Counted from the stretch's first letter, positions 53,753 to 62,736 are shown. The stretch is DNA of 64,000 nucleotides from Dehalococcoidia bacterium (GCA_965215975.1 OZ244136.1:2965281-3029280); one strand, 5' to 3'. Notes: generated by a model not told the origin, from the sequence alone. A program made the numbers and translations.

Positions 53753-54363
53753 TATGTTCGTCCAATCCTTCCTTTGACTCTGCGTTCCCAAATTTCCTTG
53801 ACGGTATTCTCCAGATCCGGCAACTCTCCTGAGTTGCTAACTACCTCGGTGGCACGACGAGACCGCTCATCGGAGGACATCTGAGAGGCTATACGCTTTC
53901 GAATCTCATCAGGTTCGTAACCGTTTCTCTCCTGTAGCCTGGCAACCACAAACTTTTCTGGAGATTCCGTAGTCCAGACTTCATTAACCAGCGTGTCCCA
54001 ACTTGCTTCAAACAGGACTGCTGCCTCCACGACAGCCACTTCAACACCTTGTGTCTCCAGGCCGCGCAGCTTCTCCCTGACGATGGCTGCCATTCTAGGA
54101 TGCATTATCCCATTCAAGGTGGCCAAGTTTTCAGGGTCGGCGAAAACGATGCTTCCAAGCTTTCGACGGTCTATCTCTCCGTTCTCTTGCAGAATGTTGT
54201 CGCCAAATGCCTTTACGACCTCTTCCCAAGCTTCGGAATGAGGAGTATAGGCCTCGTGGCCGACCTGGTCTGCGTTTATAACCTCTGCGCCCAGTTCCTG
54301 CAATAGCCGGGAGACTTCGGTCTTGCCTGTTCCTATGCCGCCGGTAAGGCCAATGACTAACAT
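53752..54363 (-). CDS. coaE: Dephospho-CoA kinase
   Basis: [18 protein letters not shown]-loop start. 203 aa. Confidence 0.9.
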   Translation of the reverse strand: MLVIGLTGGIGTGKTEVSRLLQELGAEVINADQVGHEAYTPHSEAWEEVVKAFGDNILQENGEIDRRKLGSIVFADPENLATLNGIMHPRMAAIVREKLRGLETQGVEVAVVEAAVLFEASWDTLVNEVWTTESPEKFVVARLQERNGYEPDEIRKRIASQMSSDERSRRATEVVSNSGELPDLENTVKEIWERRVKGRIGRT

Positions 54364-54487
54364 TTGGGCCTCAATTCTGAAAGCACTCCCGCCATTCTAA
54401 CAAGGGGGTAAGTAAGGGTCAACCTTACGCTGAGGACTGATCCAAGCACGGCAATCCCTAGCGGCTCAGTATTAGGCCAACTGGTGA

Positions 54488-55156
54488 TCACAGGTCTATC
54501 TTGATTTCTCCCCAGCGATTCAGGAAGGCCTCCTGCAGTTGATGAAACTTTTTTCTATATTCTTCGGTATGGATCGGGCTGGTGGTCATTATCACCGCGT
54601 CTTCCCGGTTATCGGAATAATAGTTCTTGCGAATGCCCACTTCCTGAAACCCGTATTTATCATAGAGTCGCTGAGCAATGAAGTTGGAAACACGAGCTTC
54701 GAGGGTAAGGACTGTTGATCCGCGTTCCATGGCAACTCTAACGGAGCCGATTAACAGCAATTCCCCTATGCCGTTGCCTCTCAGTTTTTCCCTCACGGCG
54801 ATCTCGGTGATATGAGCTTCATTACCCTGAAACCACAGTCCCACATAACCGGCAACATCCTCCGGCTTTCCGTCGTCGGAAGTTGGCTTGCCCACCATGT
54901 CTTTTACGCCACGTACCATGCGACCCCATAGGGAGGCATCGGATGGCCCCAGTGCATTCGACTCCGATGATTGGGGATCTTCGTCCAGTGCTTCCTCTAA
55001 ACCTTCGGGTTGGCAAGCAACCAAATAGCGGGCATATCGATTATTGAGTTCCCGTTTGAAGGCAGTGCCCAGCCTCAAGGGTAAAAAAGCCTCTCTTTCG
55101 ATATCGATGACCTGCTCTATGTCTTCGGCCCGAAGTCGTCGAATTGCTATATCCAT
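54488..55156 (-). CDS. rimI: GNAT N-acetyltransferase, RimI-like
   Basis: Start MDIAIRRLRAEDIEQVIDIEREAF (ATG at 55156). Acetyl-CoA motif IAVREKLRGNGIGELLL. An acidic/Ser-rich insertion of about 50 aa lies between the N-terminal and core segments. Confidence 0.7.
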   Translation of the reverse strand: MDIAIRRLRAEDIEQVIDIEREAFLPLRLGTAFKRELNNRYARYLVACQPEGLEEALDEDPQSSESNALGPSDASLWGRMVRGVKDMVGKPTSDDGKPEDVAGYVGLWFQGNEAHITEIAVREKLRGNGIGELLLIGSVRVAMERGSTVLTLEARVSNFIAQRLYDKYGFQEVGIRKNYYSDNREDAVIMTTSPIHTEEYRKKFHQLQEAFLNRWGEIKIDL

Positions 55157-55338
55157 TTCTTGATGCTTACCTGAAGTGGATTCGGGAAGAGTAATGCCGT
55201 TTTTGGCGTTTCGCCAACAATGCAGCATTTTAACATAGCAAGGTAGGTTTGTGGTTTTGGTGACTTGCTCTTGGCTCTTGTTACTATGCAGAAGCTTAGG
55301 ACTCAAGGGGAAAATGCAAAGGGACGAACGCTTTCAAT

Positions 55339-56610
55339 TTACTTGCTTGTAGGTGCCTTCCCGTTGGCAATGGGCGAAGACACCGAAACCTTTCCATAAA
55401 CCCCATCGTAGCCTGGTTCGATGTGAATTTCTCCTTTTCTGGCTTTCAATACTGCGTCAACCAAGTCGATCCTCGCCGCCTGCACCAGTTCTGCTTCTTT
55501 GGCCCACAGTAAAACTTGTAACTCCGACCCCAACTCTCCTACCAGCGCCTGGTATTCGGTTAACACTCCCTTGGTATTGGGACCGTGCTGTCTGACTGCT
55601 GCAATTATGTCAAGGAGCGGAACCATTCTGAAAAAGGGCGGCCTCCCCGAAGAGGAGCTTATTGAGTCCGACGGCGAAGTGGCTCTACTCCAGGAGTTGT
55701 TTGGCATTTCCGTGCTGAAATCTTCCCCTGCCAATTCAAGCACCCGATGCAAGACTCCCAAGGTCAACGGCCGGTTGCATTCGAGGCAACGGCCTCCGTT
55801 TGAGTTAGATTCCTCGGGGTGACTGCAAACTCCGCACTTCCGGTGACCGTCGTAATGATACTTACCTTCTTCGGGGTACATTTCAACCGTATAGTCGACC
55901 AGATTGCGCTGCAGGGCAACTTTCAGCCCCTCGTAGCTTGGTTGGCCTCCAAACACAGTAACTTCCCGGCCAAGTTTCGGAAGGGAATGGGCGTCGGAAA
56001 AGGAGACAATAGCCTTGCTACCCAGTTCAGGCACCGACCAGTTCATTTCCGGGTCACTGGAAAGCCCCGTTTCTATGGCCGGTATGTAGTCAAAGACGTC
56101 GCCAAAGGCCTCGGAAAGGCTGTTAAAGCCCGACTTGGAACCATAAATCCCGTACCATGGAGTCCAGGCATGTGCTGGAACAATCAGGCAATCGGGGTTA
56201 GTTTCCAATACCAAATGCACGAGTTCCTGGACCGAAATGCTTAGCGTGGGCCGCCCGTCAAATTTCAGATTGCCGTAGGAAGAAAAGGCCTTGGACAATC
56301 TGGCTGCAGTCTGCATGTCGGGACTAAAGACTAGCAGATGGACTCTGCGCCCACGGCCTCCCTGTTTATAAACGCAGCTAACTTCTGTTCCCATTATGAA
56401 ATTGACTCCACCGTAGCTGTAAGTGCCGGAGGAGTCTTCCGTCAGGGTTTGCTTTAGTTCCTCTGCCCAAGTGGGGTGGGTGAAGTCAGCTGTGGCTAGA
56501 AGGTCAATGCCTTTGAGGCGGGCCCAGTGAGCCAAATTTTCCAGGGTAAGGGCACTACTTGTGGCGTAGGCATAGGGGGAATGGAGATGTAAATCGGCAA
56601 CAAAGGACAT
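55339..56610 (-). CDS. PHP-domain protein resembling endonuclease Q (EndoQ)
   Basis: N-terminal PHP motif ADLHLHSPYA...GIDLLATADFTHPTW. Internal zinc finger CGVC-x12-CLEC followed by LTLGVLHRV. About 420 aa, as for EndoQ. Confidence 0.6.
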   Translation of the reverse strand: MSFVADLHLHSPYAYATSSALTLENLAHWARLKGIDLLATADFTHPTWAEELKQTLTEDSSGTYSYGGVNFIMGTEVSCVYKQGGRGRRVHLLVFSPDMQTAARLSKAFSSYGNLKFDGRPTLSISVQELVHLVLETNPDCLIVPAHAWTPWYGIYGSKSGFNSLSEAFGDVFDYIPAIETGLSSDPEMNWSVPELGSKAIVSFSDAHSLPKLGREVTVFGGQPSYEGLKVALQRNLVDYTVEMYPEEGKYHYDGHRKCGVCSHPEESNSNGGRCLECNRPLTLGVLHRVLELAGEDFSTEMPNNSWSRATSPSDSISSSSGRPPFFRMVPLLDIIAAVRQHGPNTKGVLTEYQALVGELGSELQVLLWAKEAELVQAARIDLVDAVLKARKGEIHIEPGYDGVYGKVSVSSPIANGKAPTSK

Positions 56611-56684
56611 TGCCCAAGTCTAGCATAGTACTTGGCCGAGTAGAAAATGATGGGGAGAGAGCAGAGAGGGAAGGTGAACGCAGA

Positions 56685-57488
56685 TTAGGTCGCTAGGGAT
56701 AGAAGTAACTCTCCCATTTCGGCCGGTAAGTGTAGTGACACCTGATGGCAAGAATTCAGGTGCCTAATGTCAACGCTGGGAATCAGCCGAGCCATCGATA
56801 GCTGCACGGTAGGAGGCAACAACCGATTTTGGTCGAGCACCACATAGCTAACCGGGCAGGGAATATCCGACAATTGCAGGCTCACCCTGGTTTCCATCAG
56901 TCTGGTGGGCAGGGGCCCAAAAAACCCCAGGGCTCGCGTTATTTCTTTCGGTTCCATCTCGTTGCACAGGTAACGGGTAATGACGGAGCGAGGAAGCTTT
57001 ACATCTCCGCCCCAAAGCTTGCCCAAGTTCATTCTGGCGGAAAAGTGCTTCCGCACTGCGCTGGGAAAGCAGGTCAACGGGCTCCGGTTTTTTTCCGGTA
57101 GTGCCCCCGATACCAGGGCCAGACGCTTTGGAGGAGTGGGAAGTTGCGTCGCTGCCTGAAGCGCGATCATTGCTCCAATGCCATGGCCGACCAGAACTAG
57201 GTCGCGCATGCCCCGCCGTTCTACAGTACGAGTAATGGCCTGGATGCACTCGTCCAGCCTTACTTCGTTTGTATCCCCTTCTTCATCACCTCCGTGACCG
57301 GGGAGGTTTAGCAAGTAGAACTGGCTGGCATAGCGAGGAGTAAAGAGTCTAGGCGGATGTTCTTCAGGAGCAGTGGCACTTCCCCAGACCTTGTTCCAGA
57401 ACCAGGCTCCTTGCCCAACGTCATGTACTATCAGAAAGTCGGTCATTCCCGTCTTGGATATCTCCTCAGAACTTGCCTTCTTCGGCAT
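56685..57488 (-). CDS. Alpha/beta-hydrolase-fold protein with a non-canonical nucleophile elbow
   Basis: FLIVHDVGQGAWFW..., the elbow LVLVGHGIGAMIA (Gly where Ser is expected), and C-terminal SCHQVSLHLP with the His retained. Confidence 0.7.
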   Translation of the reverse strand: MPKKASSEEISKTGMTDFLIVHDVGQGAWFWNKVWGSATAPEEHPPRLFTPRYASQFYLLNLPGHGGDEEGDTNEVRLDECIQAITRTVERRGMRDLVLVGHGIGAMIALQAATQLPTPPKRLALVSGALPEKNRSPLTCFPSAVRKHFSARMNLGKLWGGDVKLPRSVITRYLCNEMEPKEITRALGFFGPLPTRLMETRVSLQLSDIPCPVSYVVLDQNRLLPPTVQLSMARLIPSVDIRHLNSCHQVSLHLPAEMGELLLSLAT

Positions 57489-57574
57489 CCCAAATTCGAC
57501 AGTTACAGTTTAAATTCCGGGCAGGGCAAGCCCTTCGTTACAATTGACGCCCAGAAGCTAATGCTGAAAGCCAA

Positions 57575-58978
57575 CTACTTGAATGAATTGGTCAAAGCCT
57601 GCAATAGCTCTTCATCGGATCTGGTCGACACCGTTCGCGGATCAAGCAGCACCCGGTCGTCCTCGATACGCGCGATCACCGGAGGGTCAGCTTTCCGCAA
57701 ACGTTCCATTACTTGCTGTGCGCCACCTGCCACCGTGCTGCAATCAAGAGAAAGCACTCTCGTAGGCAGAGTCTCACCGGGCAAGCTGCCTCCCCCGATG
57801 GCGGAGCGGCTGTCGTCAACCCTGGCATGAACGCCAGGAATTTCCTGGACGGCCTTCTGCCATGATATGGCACGTTCTTCCAGAAGCTGCACCGGGGTGG
57901 AAATCATTCGCCATATTGGGATCTCCCGTTCAGCTTCTCCACGCAGATAATGCACCAGAGTGGCGATAAGGGAAGCAAGGCTCATTTTGTCGATGCGAAA
58001 AGCCCTGGCCAATGGGTGACGCTCCAATCGGTTTACCAGATCCCTCGTTCCGACTACAATCCCCGCCTGGGGCCCCCCAAGCAGTTTGTCCCCGGAAAAG
58101 AATGTAAGGCCAACGCCTGCCGCTACACTCTCCTGGGGAGTGGGTTCGTGGGCCAACCCGTAATTCTCGGTTAGGAGAAGGGAACCACTGCCCACATCGT
58201 GCAAGACCGGAACATCTTTTCGGGCGCCCAATTCAACAAGCTCTCCAGGTTCGACTGCTGCCGTGAAACCTTCCACGCGAAAATTGCTGGCGTGAGCCTT
58301 CAAGAATGCTCCAGTATTCTGGGTAATTGCGTCCTCGTAGTCTCTGGCGTAGGTACGGTTTGTGGTTCCCACGTCAACCAGTATGGCCCCGCTTTGACTG
58401 AGCACGTCAGGCACCCTGAACCCGCCGCCTATTTCAACCGCTTCACCCCGGGAGACTATGACTTCCTTCCCAGCCGCCAAAGCCGACAAACCAAGAAGCA
58501 CCGCAGAGGCGTTGTTGTTGACCACCAATGCAGCTTCAGCGCCCGTCAATTCCTGGAGAATGTTTTGAAGGTGGGCCTGTCGGGAACCCCGCCGGCCGCT
58601 TCCAAGGTCAAATTCGAGGTTCGAATATCCCTGCGCGGCCAGAATTGCTGCCTCGGAAGCGGCACGACTCAGGGGGGCCCGCCCCAGATTTGTGTGAATG
58701 ACGACACCAGTAGCGTTGATGACGGGTTGAGGGGCCGGCCGGTTCATGGATTCCAGGGCATCTCGCGTCGCCGAAGCTACCTGGTCAATAGTAGGGGCTG
58801 CCGAACCGTTCATGACTTCCGCGCGGGCACTGGCCAGTTGCTGGCGGACTACGGAGACAATCCATTCCCTGCTGTAGGTCCTTATCTCCTTGCTCAACAA
58901 GTCGGAAGCTACTACTCGCTCCACGCTAGGTATGTTGCGTAGTTGCGTCACCTTTACGTCCCCTCTGTATGGTTCCAC
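57575..58978 (-). CDS. selA: L-seryl-tRNA(Sec) selenium transferase
   Basis: 467 aa. N-terminal LRNIPSVERVV and PLP-lysine motif FSGDKLLGGPQAG are typical of SelA. Confidence 0.9.
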   Translation of the reverse strand: MEPYRGDVKVTQLRNIPSVERVVASDLLSKEIRTYSREWIVSVVRQQLASARAEVMNGSAAPTIDQVASATRDALESMNRPAPQPVINATGVVIHTNLGRAPLSRAASEAAILAAQGYSNLEFDLGSGRRGSRQAHLQNILQELTGAEAALVVNNNASAVLLGLSALAAGKEVIVSRGEAVEIGGGFRVPDVLSQSGAILVDVGTTNRTYARDYEDAITQNTGAFLKAHASNFRVEGFTAAVEPGELVELGARKDVPVLHDVGSGSLLLTENYGLAHEPTPQESVAAGVGLTFFSGDKLLGGPQAGIVVGTRDLVNRLERHPLARAFRIDKMSLASLIATLVHYLRGEAEREIPIWRMISTPVQLLEERAISWQKAVQEIPGVHARVDDSRSAIGGGSLPGETLPTRVLSLDCSTVAGGAQQVMERLRKADPPVIARIEDDRVLLDPRTVSTRSDEELLQALTNSFK

Positions 58979-59193
58979 CCTTGAATTGCGACGTTACTTT
59001 CAAGAAAAGAAACGGGGCATTCACTGGATAGTGCTGCCAAAATCTACCAAACCCAATGATTTCAGGAACAGCCAGCCTTCTGAAAGGTATTTCGGAGGCT
59101 AACAGAAAGGATAACCACATCCCTATTGATTGTCTCAGCGGGAGGAATCCGAAGAACTTAAATTCTAGCCAGCCCATCATCCTTCAAACCCTA

Positions 59194-60366
59194 TTAGTGT
59201 GTGTGGTCGAACTTCTCCCTGTGTTGCCGGAGCAGGTCCTTTCCGTAGTCGTTGCCGTTGGGAGTTCGCACTACGGTGTGGATATGATTGCGTGAAGGCT
59301 GGTCGTTATCCAGGAAGATACCATTCTGGTGGTCGAATTCGATAAGAATGACGGGGCTGTGAACCCGGTAATAGAAAACGCTATCCTCATCGGTGCCGCC
59401 CATCCAGGCAAAGTGGGTCTCGTTGAGATGCTCTCTAATCTCGTCCATTTTGAGCTGGGCGTGATCGGAACGCATCCGGTTTACATAGGTGCCGATCAGG
59501 TCGAACATTATGGCCTGTTGATGGCTGGAAAGGTCGTCAAAATTAATGCCCTCATAGCGCATTTCAAAATTATCCCTGAAAGCGCCGGTAAAGACCCCGG
59601 ACGGAACATCATCTGAGACTATCGCCTTGCTCCGCTGCTCGGCGGTCAGAGTACGGGCAAGACTTAGTGCGGTGCCTTCTTCCGCCTGGAAAACCCGAGT
59701 TCCAGCGTGCTTGCCAATGTCCACGGCCACCGGTTCTGAACCCATAAACATAGGGGTCATTACCATCTGGCCCCCAAGCAGGAAGCAGTTAACGTTCAGA
59801 TGATGTCCGTCGAACTGCCAGCCCCAAGGTTCGTCCAGCGAAGGCTCGCCCATGATGCTCAACCAGTACAACCATTCACCGAGTTCCTCATCACTACCGG
59901 TAATCTCCCGAATGGACTCGTTGAGCTTCATGATGTTGCGAGCCAGTTCGAACCCGCTTGGGCTGAAACCTTCTCGTAACAGGTTGAAGGCTAAATCCCG
60001 CTGGTCTTGGGTCATAGGCTCCATCATTGCACCGTGGCGCATCAGAAAAACGTGGATATTGCTCCACCGTCGCCAGGCATCGCTTTCCACTGAAAAGAGA
60101 GCGGCGTCGCGCTGCCCAGAATCAACGGAATTCAGCCAGGCTTCAGCGGCCCGTTTCATCCCTTCATTGGAAAGCCCGGTGCTTTTCAGGGAAAAAAGAC
60201 TCGGCACCACTTGACCATCGGTAGTCAATCCCTTGAAGGGTTCGGCGATTTGCGTCTCAGCGTTTCTAATATTGGTTGCCATCTGCTCCGGCATATCAGG
60301 AGCCAGCCTTCGGCCAGAAACGACAGGACGGTTTCGTATTTTGAAGTCCTTGAGCTGGAGCGTCAT
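59194..60366 (-). CDS. DUF3500-like protein
   Basis: 390 aa. WGWQFDGHHLNVN and the C-terminal HIHTVVRTPNGNDYGKDLLRQH resemble the DUF3500 family. Function unknown. Confidence 0.55.
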   Translation of the reverse strand: MTLQLKDFKIRNRPVVSGRRLAPDMPEQMATNIRNAETQIAEPFKGLTTDGQVVPSLFSLKSTGLSNEGMKRAAEAWLNSVDSGQRDAALFSVESDAWRRWSNIHVFLMRHGAMMEPMTQDQRDLAFNLLREGFSPSGFELARNIMKLNESIREITGSDEELGEWLYWLSIMGEPSLDEPWGWQFDGHHLNVNCFLLGGQMVMTPMFMGSEPVAVDIGKHAGTRVFQAEEGTALSLARTLTAEQRSKAIVSDDVPSGVFTGAFRDNFEMRYEGINFDDLSSHQQAIMFDLIGTYVNRMRSDHAQLKMDEIREHLNETHFAWMGGTDEDSVFYYRVHSPVILIEFDHQNGIFLDNDQPSRNHIHTVVRTPNGNDYGKDLLRQHREKFDHTH

Positions 60367-60563
60367 AAATCTTGTTCTCCTAAATGAAGATAGCCAATTA
60401 TACTACGGGGGCCCCTCCCATATGAGCGGCACTGAAGTTTCCGCAGGATTCCCAACACTATGGAAAACTTTCCATGGTGCAGTGAAGATACTCTTACGAA
60501 ACAACTGCCTTGCCGAGTCTGTTTTTCAGGATGTGCAAAGGCTCGACAATGTGGAAGCCATAG

Positions 60564-61556
60564 CTAGGGTCTCTGACTACCGATGGCCTCTACGTACAGT
60601 GAGTACAGGGACTGGCTACAGGTCATAAACAGACGGTCCTTCTTTAAGCCGCCAAAACACAGGTTTGAGCAGGGTTCGGGAAGGTGAATTCGTCCGATCG
60701 GGTCACCTTCAGGCGTCAAGCAAAGCACACCGTCCTTATTTTGTCCGGCCCAGCCTACGCTAGTCCATAAATTGCCGTAGAGATCGGTTCGCATGCCATC
60801 GGCGAACCCGGGCGCCATATCAGAGAAAACCTTGCCGCTACGCAGCTTTATGCCATCTACCACCTCGAAGACTCGGATGTGTCCCGGTGCATCCGGGTCG
60901 TGGGAGATGCCGCTATCGGAAACGTATAACAATGATTCGTCAGGAGAAAAACACAGCCCATTGGGCTTTACCAGATCGTCAGCTACTACGGTGGCTGCGC
61001 CGGTTGAAGTATCCAGTCGGTAGACTCGAGTGGGTAATTCGGCTTCGGCTCGCTGTCCCTCGTATCCCACCAAGATTCCATAGCCGGGGTCGGTAAACCA
61101 GACTGCTCCATCGGAATGAACTACAACATCGTTGGGTGCGTTGAGGCGTTTGCCATCGAAGCGGTCCAGCAACACGGTGAGGCTCCCGTCGTACTCCGTG
61201 CGTGTTATCCGACGGGACAGGTGCTCGCAGGTAATCAGACGCCCTTGCAGGTCACGGGTGTTGCCGTTACTGCAATTGGAGGCCTGACGAAACATCGTGA
61301 CCTTATTGGTTACCTCGCAGTAGCGCAGCATCCGATTGCTTGGGATGTCGCTGAAAATCAGGGACCTAAATTCCCCAAACCACACCGGACCCTCGGCCCA
61401 GCGGGTTCCAGTGAAAAGGCACTCTACGGCGGTATTCCCGATTCTGTAGGCAAGGAAACGTGGGTCCAGCACCTCCACCGCGGGATCTGGGTATCGAACA
61501 ATTCCCTCGTCCCAGCGGCGTCTCAGTTCAGGAGTCCATTCGGAATTATCTTCCAT
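60564..61556 (-). CDS. SMP-30/gluconolactonase/LRE-like beta-propeller protein
   Basis: 330 aa. EGPVW...FSDIP.NR, NDVVVHSDGAVWFTDP, PNGLCFSPDE and the DG...D..GN.W pattern. Confidence 0.85.
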   Translation of the reverse strand: MEDNSEWTPELRRRWDEGIVRYPDPAVEVLDPRFLAYRIGNTAVECLFTGTRWAEGPVWFGEFRSLIFSDIPSNRMLRYCEVTNKVTMFRQASNCSNGNTRDLQGRLITCEHLSRRITRTEYDGSLTVLLDRFDGKRLNAPNDVVVHSDGAVWFTDPGYGILVGYEGQRAEAELPTRVYRLDTSTGAATVVADDLVKPNGLCFSPDESLLYVSDSGISHDPDAPGHIRVFEVVDGIKLRSGKVFSDMAPGFADGMRTDLYGNLWTSVGWAGQNKDGVLCLTPEGDPIGRIHLPEPCSNLCFGGLKKDRLFMTCSQSLYSLYVEAIGSQRP

Positions 61557-62413
61557 TGCTCACTTCCTCGATGCACGAGTACTGACCTAAAAGAAAAGGC
61601 AAGTTTCAGAATCTCTTCGTCTACGGGGTTTGGGGGAATAAAGTCCAACATCGGAGTAGGCGCTTACCGACTGAATCCGAGTACGGGCCGTAGCGGAAAA
61701 GGCAAAAATCCTGGCTGGTCTTCATCTTTGGGTGCTAAGTCAAGGTTAATCAAGAGGATCTTAAGCTTTTCGGACGGCTCAAGGCGACAACTATCCGGCC
61801 GGTTCATCAGCAAAACAAAGGAAAGAATTGCCGAGGGCCACAGGTAAATCGCATTTCAAAGGCCCGACTTTGCTGGGCGGATTTGGTGGACTGCAAGTTG
61901 GGAGAGAGAAAACAATTTCCCGCCACTTCCGCTCATTTCCGCTCATGCCTCTCCTGACATGATGTTGGGCGAGAAGGACAAGGCAGCCGGTTTTCTGAAG
62001 AACATGGTAGGAGGGGGTAACAGGGGATGTCCAGTGACGGATGTCATACGGTTCGGCTTAAGTTGCTCCCAAGGAAGTGGGGGAAAGGTTGATACAAGAA
62101 TAACCAGGCATGTTCGCCAGAGAAAACCCGTACGCGACAGCCCTGACGCGCATCTCTCATAGTTTGGCATTTGGCCGGGGAAAGTTATAGAATATCTCGT
62201 ACATACGCCTAGTATTACAACGACGGATCGCTAAATATGTTCTCTTACTCTTCGTATTCAGCTGCCAGCGTGCTATCGCGGTGGCTCGTCGCATCAAGTT
62301 GTCAGGTTCGAATTGTTCGTGAAAAGCGCCCTGCTGGAGAAACAGTCGTTGTAATACTAGTGGACGGCCTCAAAGATAGTAAACGTGATTTGGCGCTTTC
62401 CTGGGAGGTGGCT

Positions 62414-62635
62414 ATGAAAGGTACATTGATAGGAGTGGCGGTTTTTGTATTGCTTTCCCTTTCCGTAACGATTGCCGCGGTGGGCGCAGTTTCTCAGGTG
62501 TTCAGCGACGCGGCGACGCCAGCGGGCGTATCCGGGATGGCCTTTTCTCAGTACGAGGGCTTGACTGACAAGGTTGAGACCCAGGATCGGGGCGGCGCTT
62601 ATCAGGCTTTTACCTATGTCTGTCCCTTCCACTAG
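62414..62635 (+). CDS. Small (73 aa) membrane-anchored or secreted protein of unknown function
   Basis: ATG at 62414 lies 5 nt after the SD GGGAGGTGG. N-terminal hydrophobic segment MKGTLIGVAVFVLLSLSVTIAAVGAV. The C-terminus ends ...AFTYVCPFH*. The ORF-track start at 62237 has no SD support. Confidence 0.45.
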   Translation: MKGTLIGVAVFVLLSLSVTIAAVGAVSQVFSDAATPAGVSGMAFSQYEGLTDKVETQDRGGAYQAFTYVCPFH

Positions 62636-62736
62636 ACTTTCGCGGCTCGAACACGCCGGTTGAAAGAGCCGCCCACTTTGACTTTCTTCCGCTAAACAAT
62701 CTCAACGACTGTTTAGCCTATTTACGGAGTTTATCA

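Noticed and set aside
52775-53884. 369-aa plus-strand ORF
   Set aside because: It is antisense to the CbbQ-like AAA+ and coaE genes. The sequence is compositionally odd and unsupported.
62300-62330. GGTTCGAAT T-loop-like sequence suggesting a tRNA
   Set aside because: The flanking bases (TCAGG / TGTTC) cannot form a T stem, and no acceptor or anticodon arms can be drawn.
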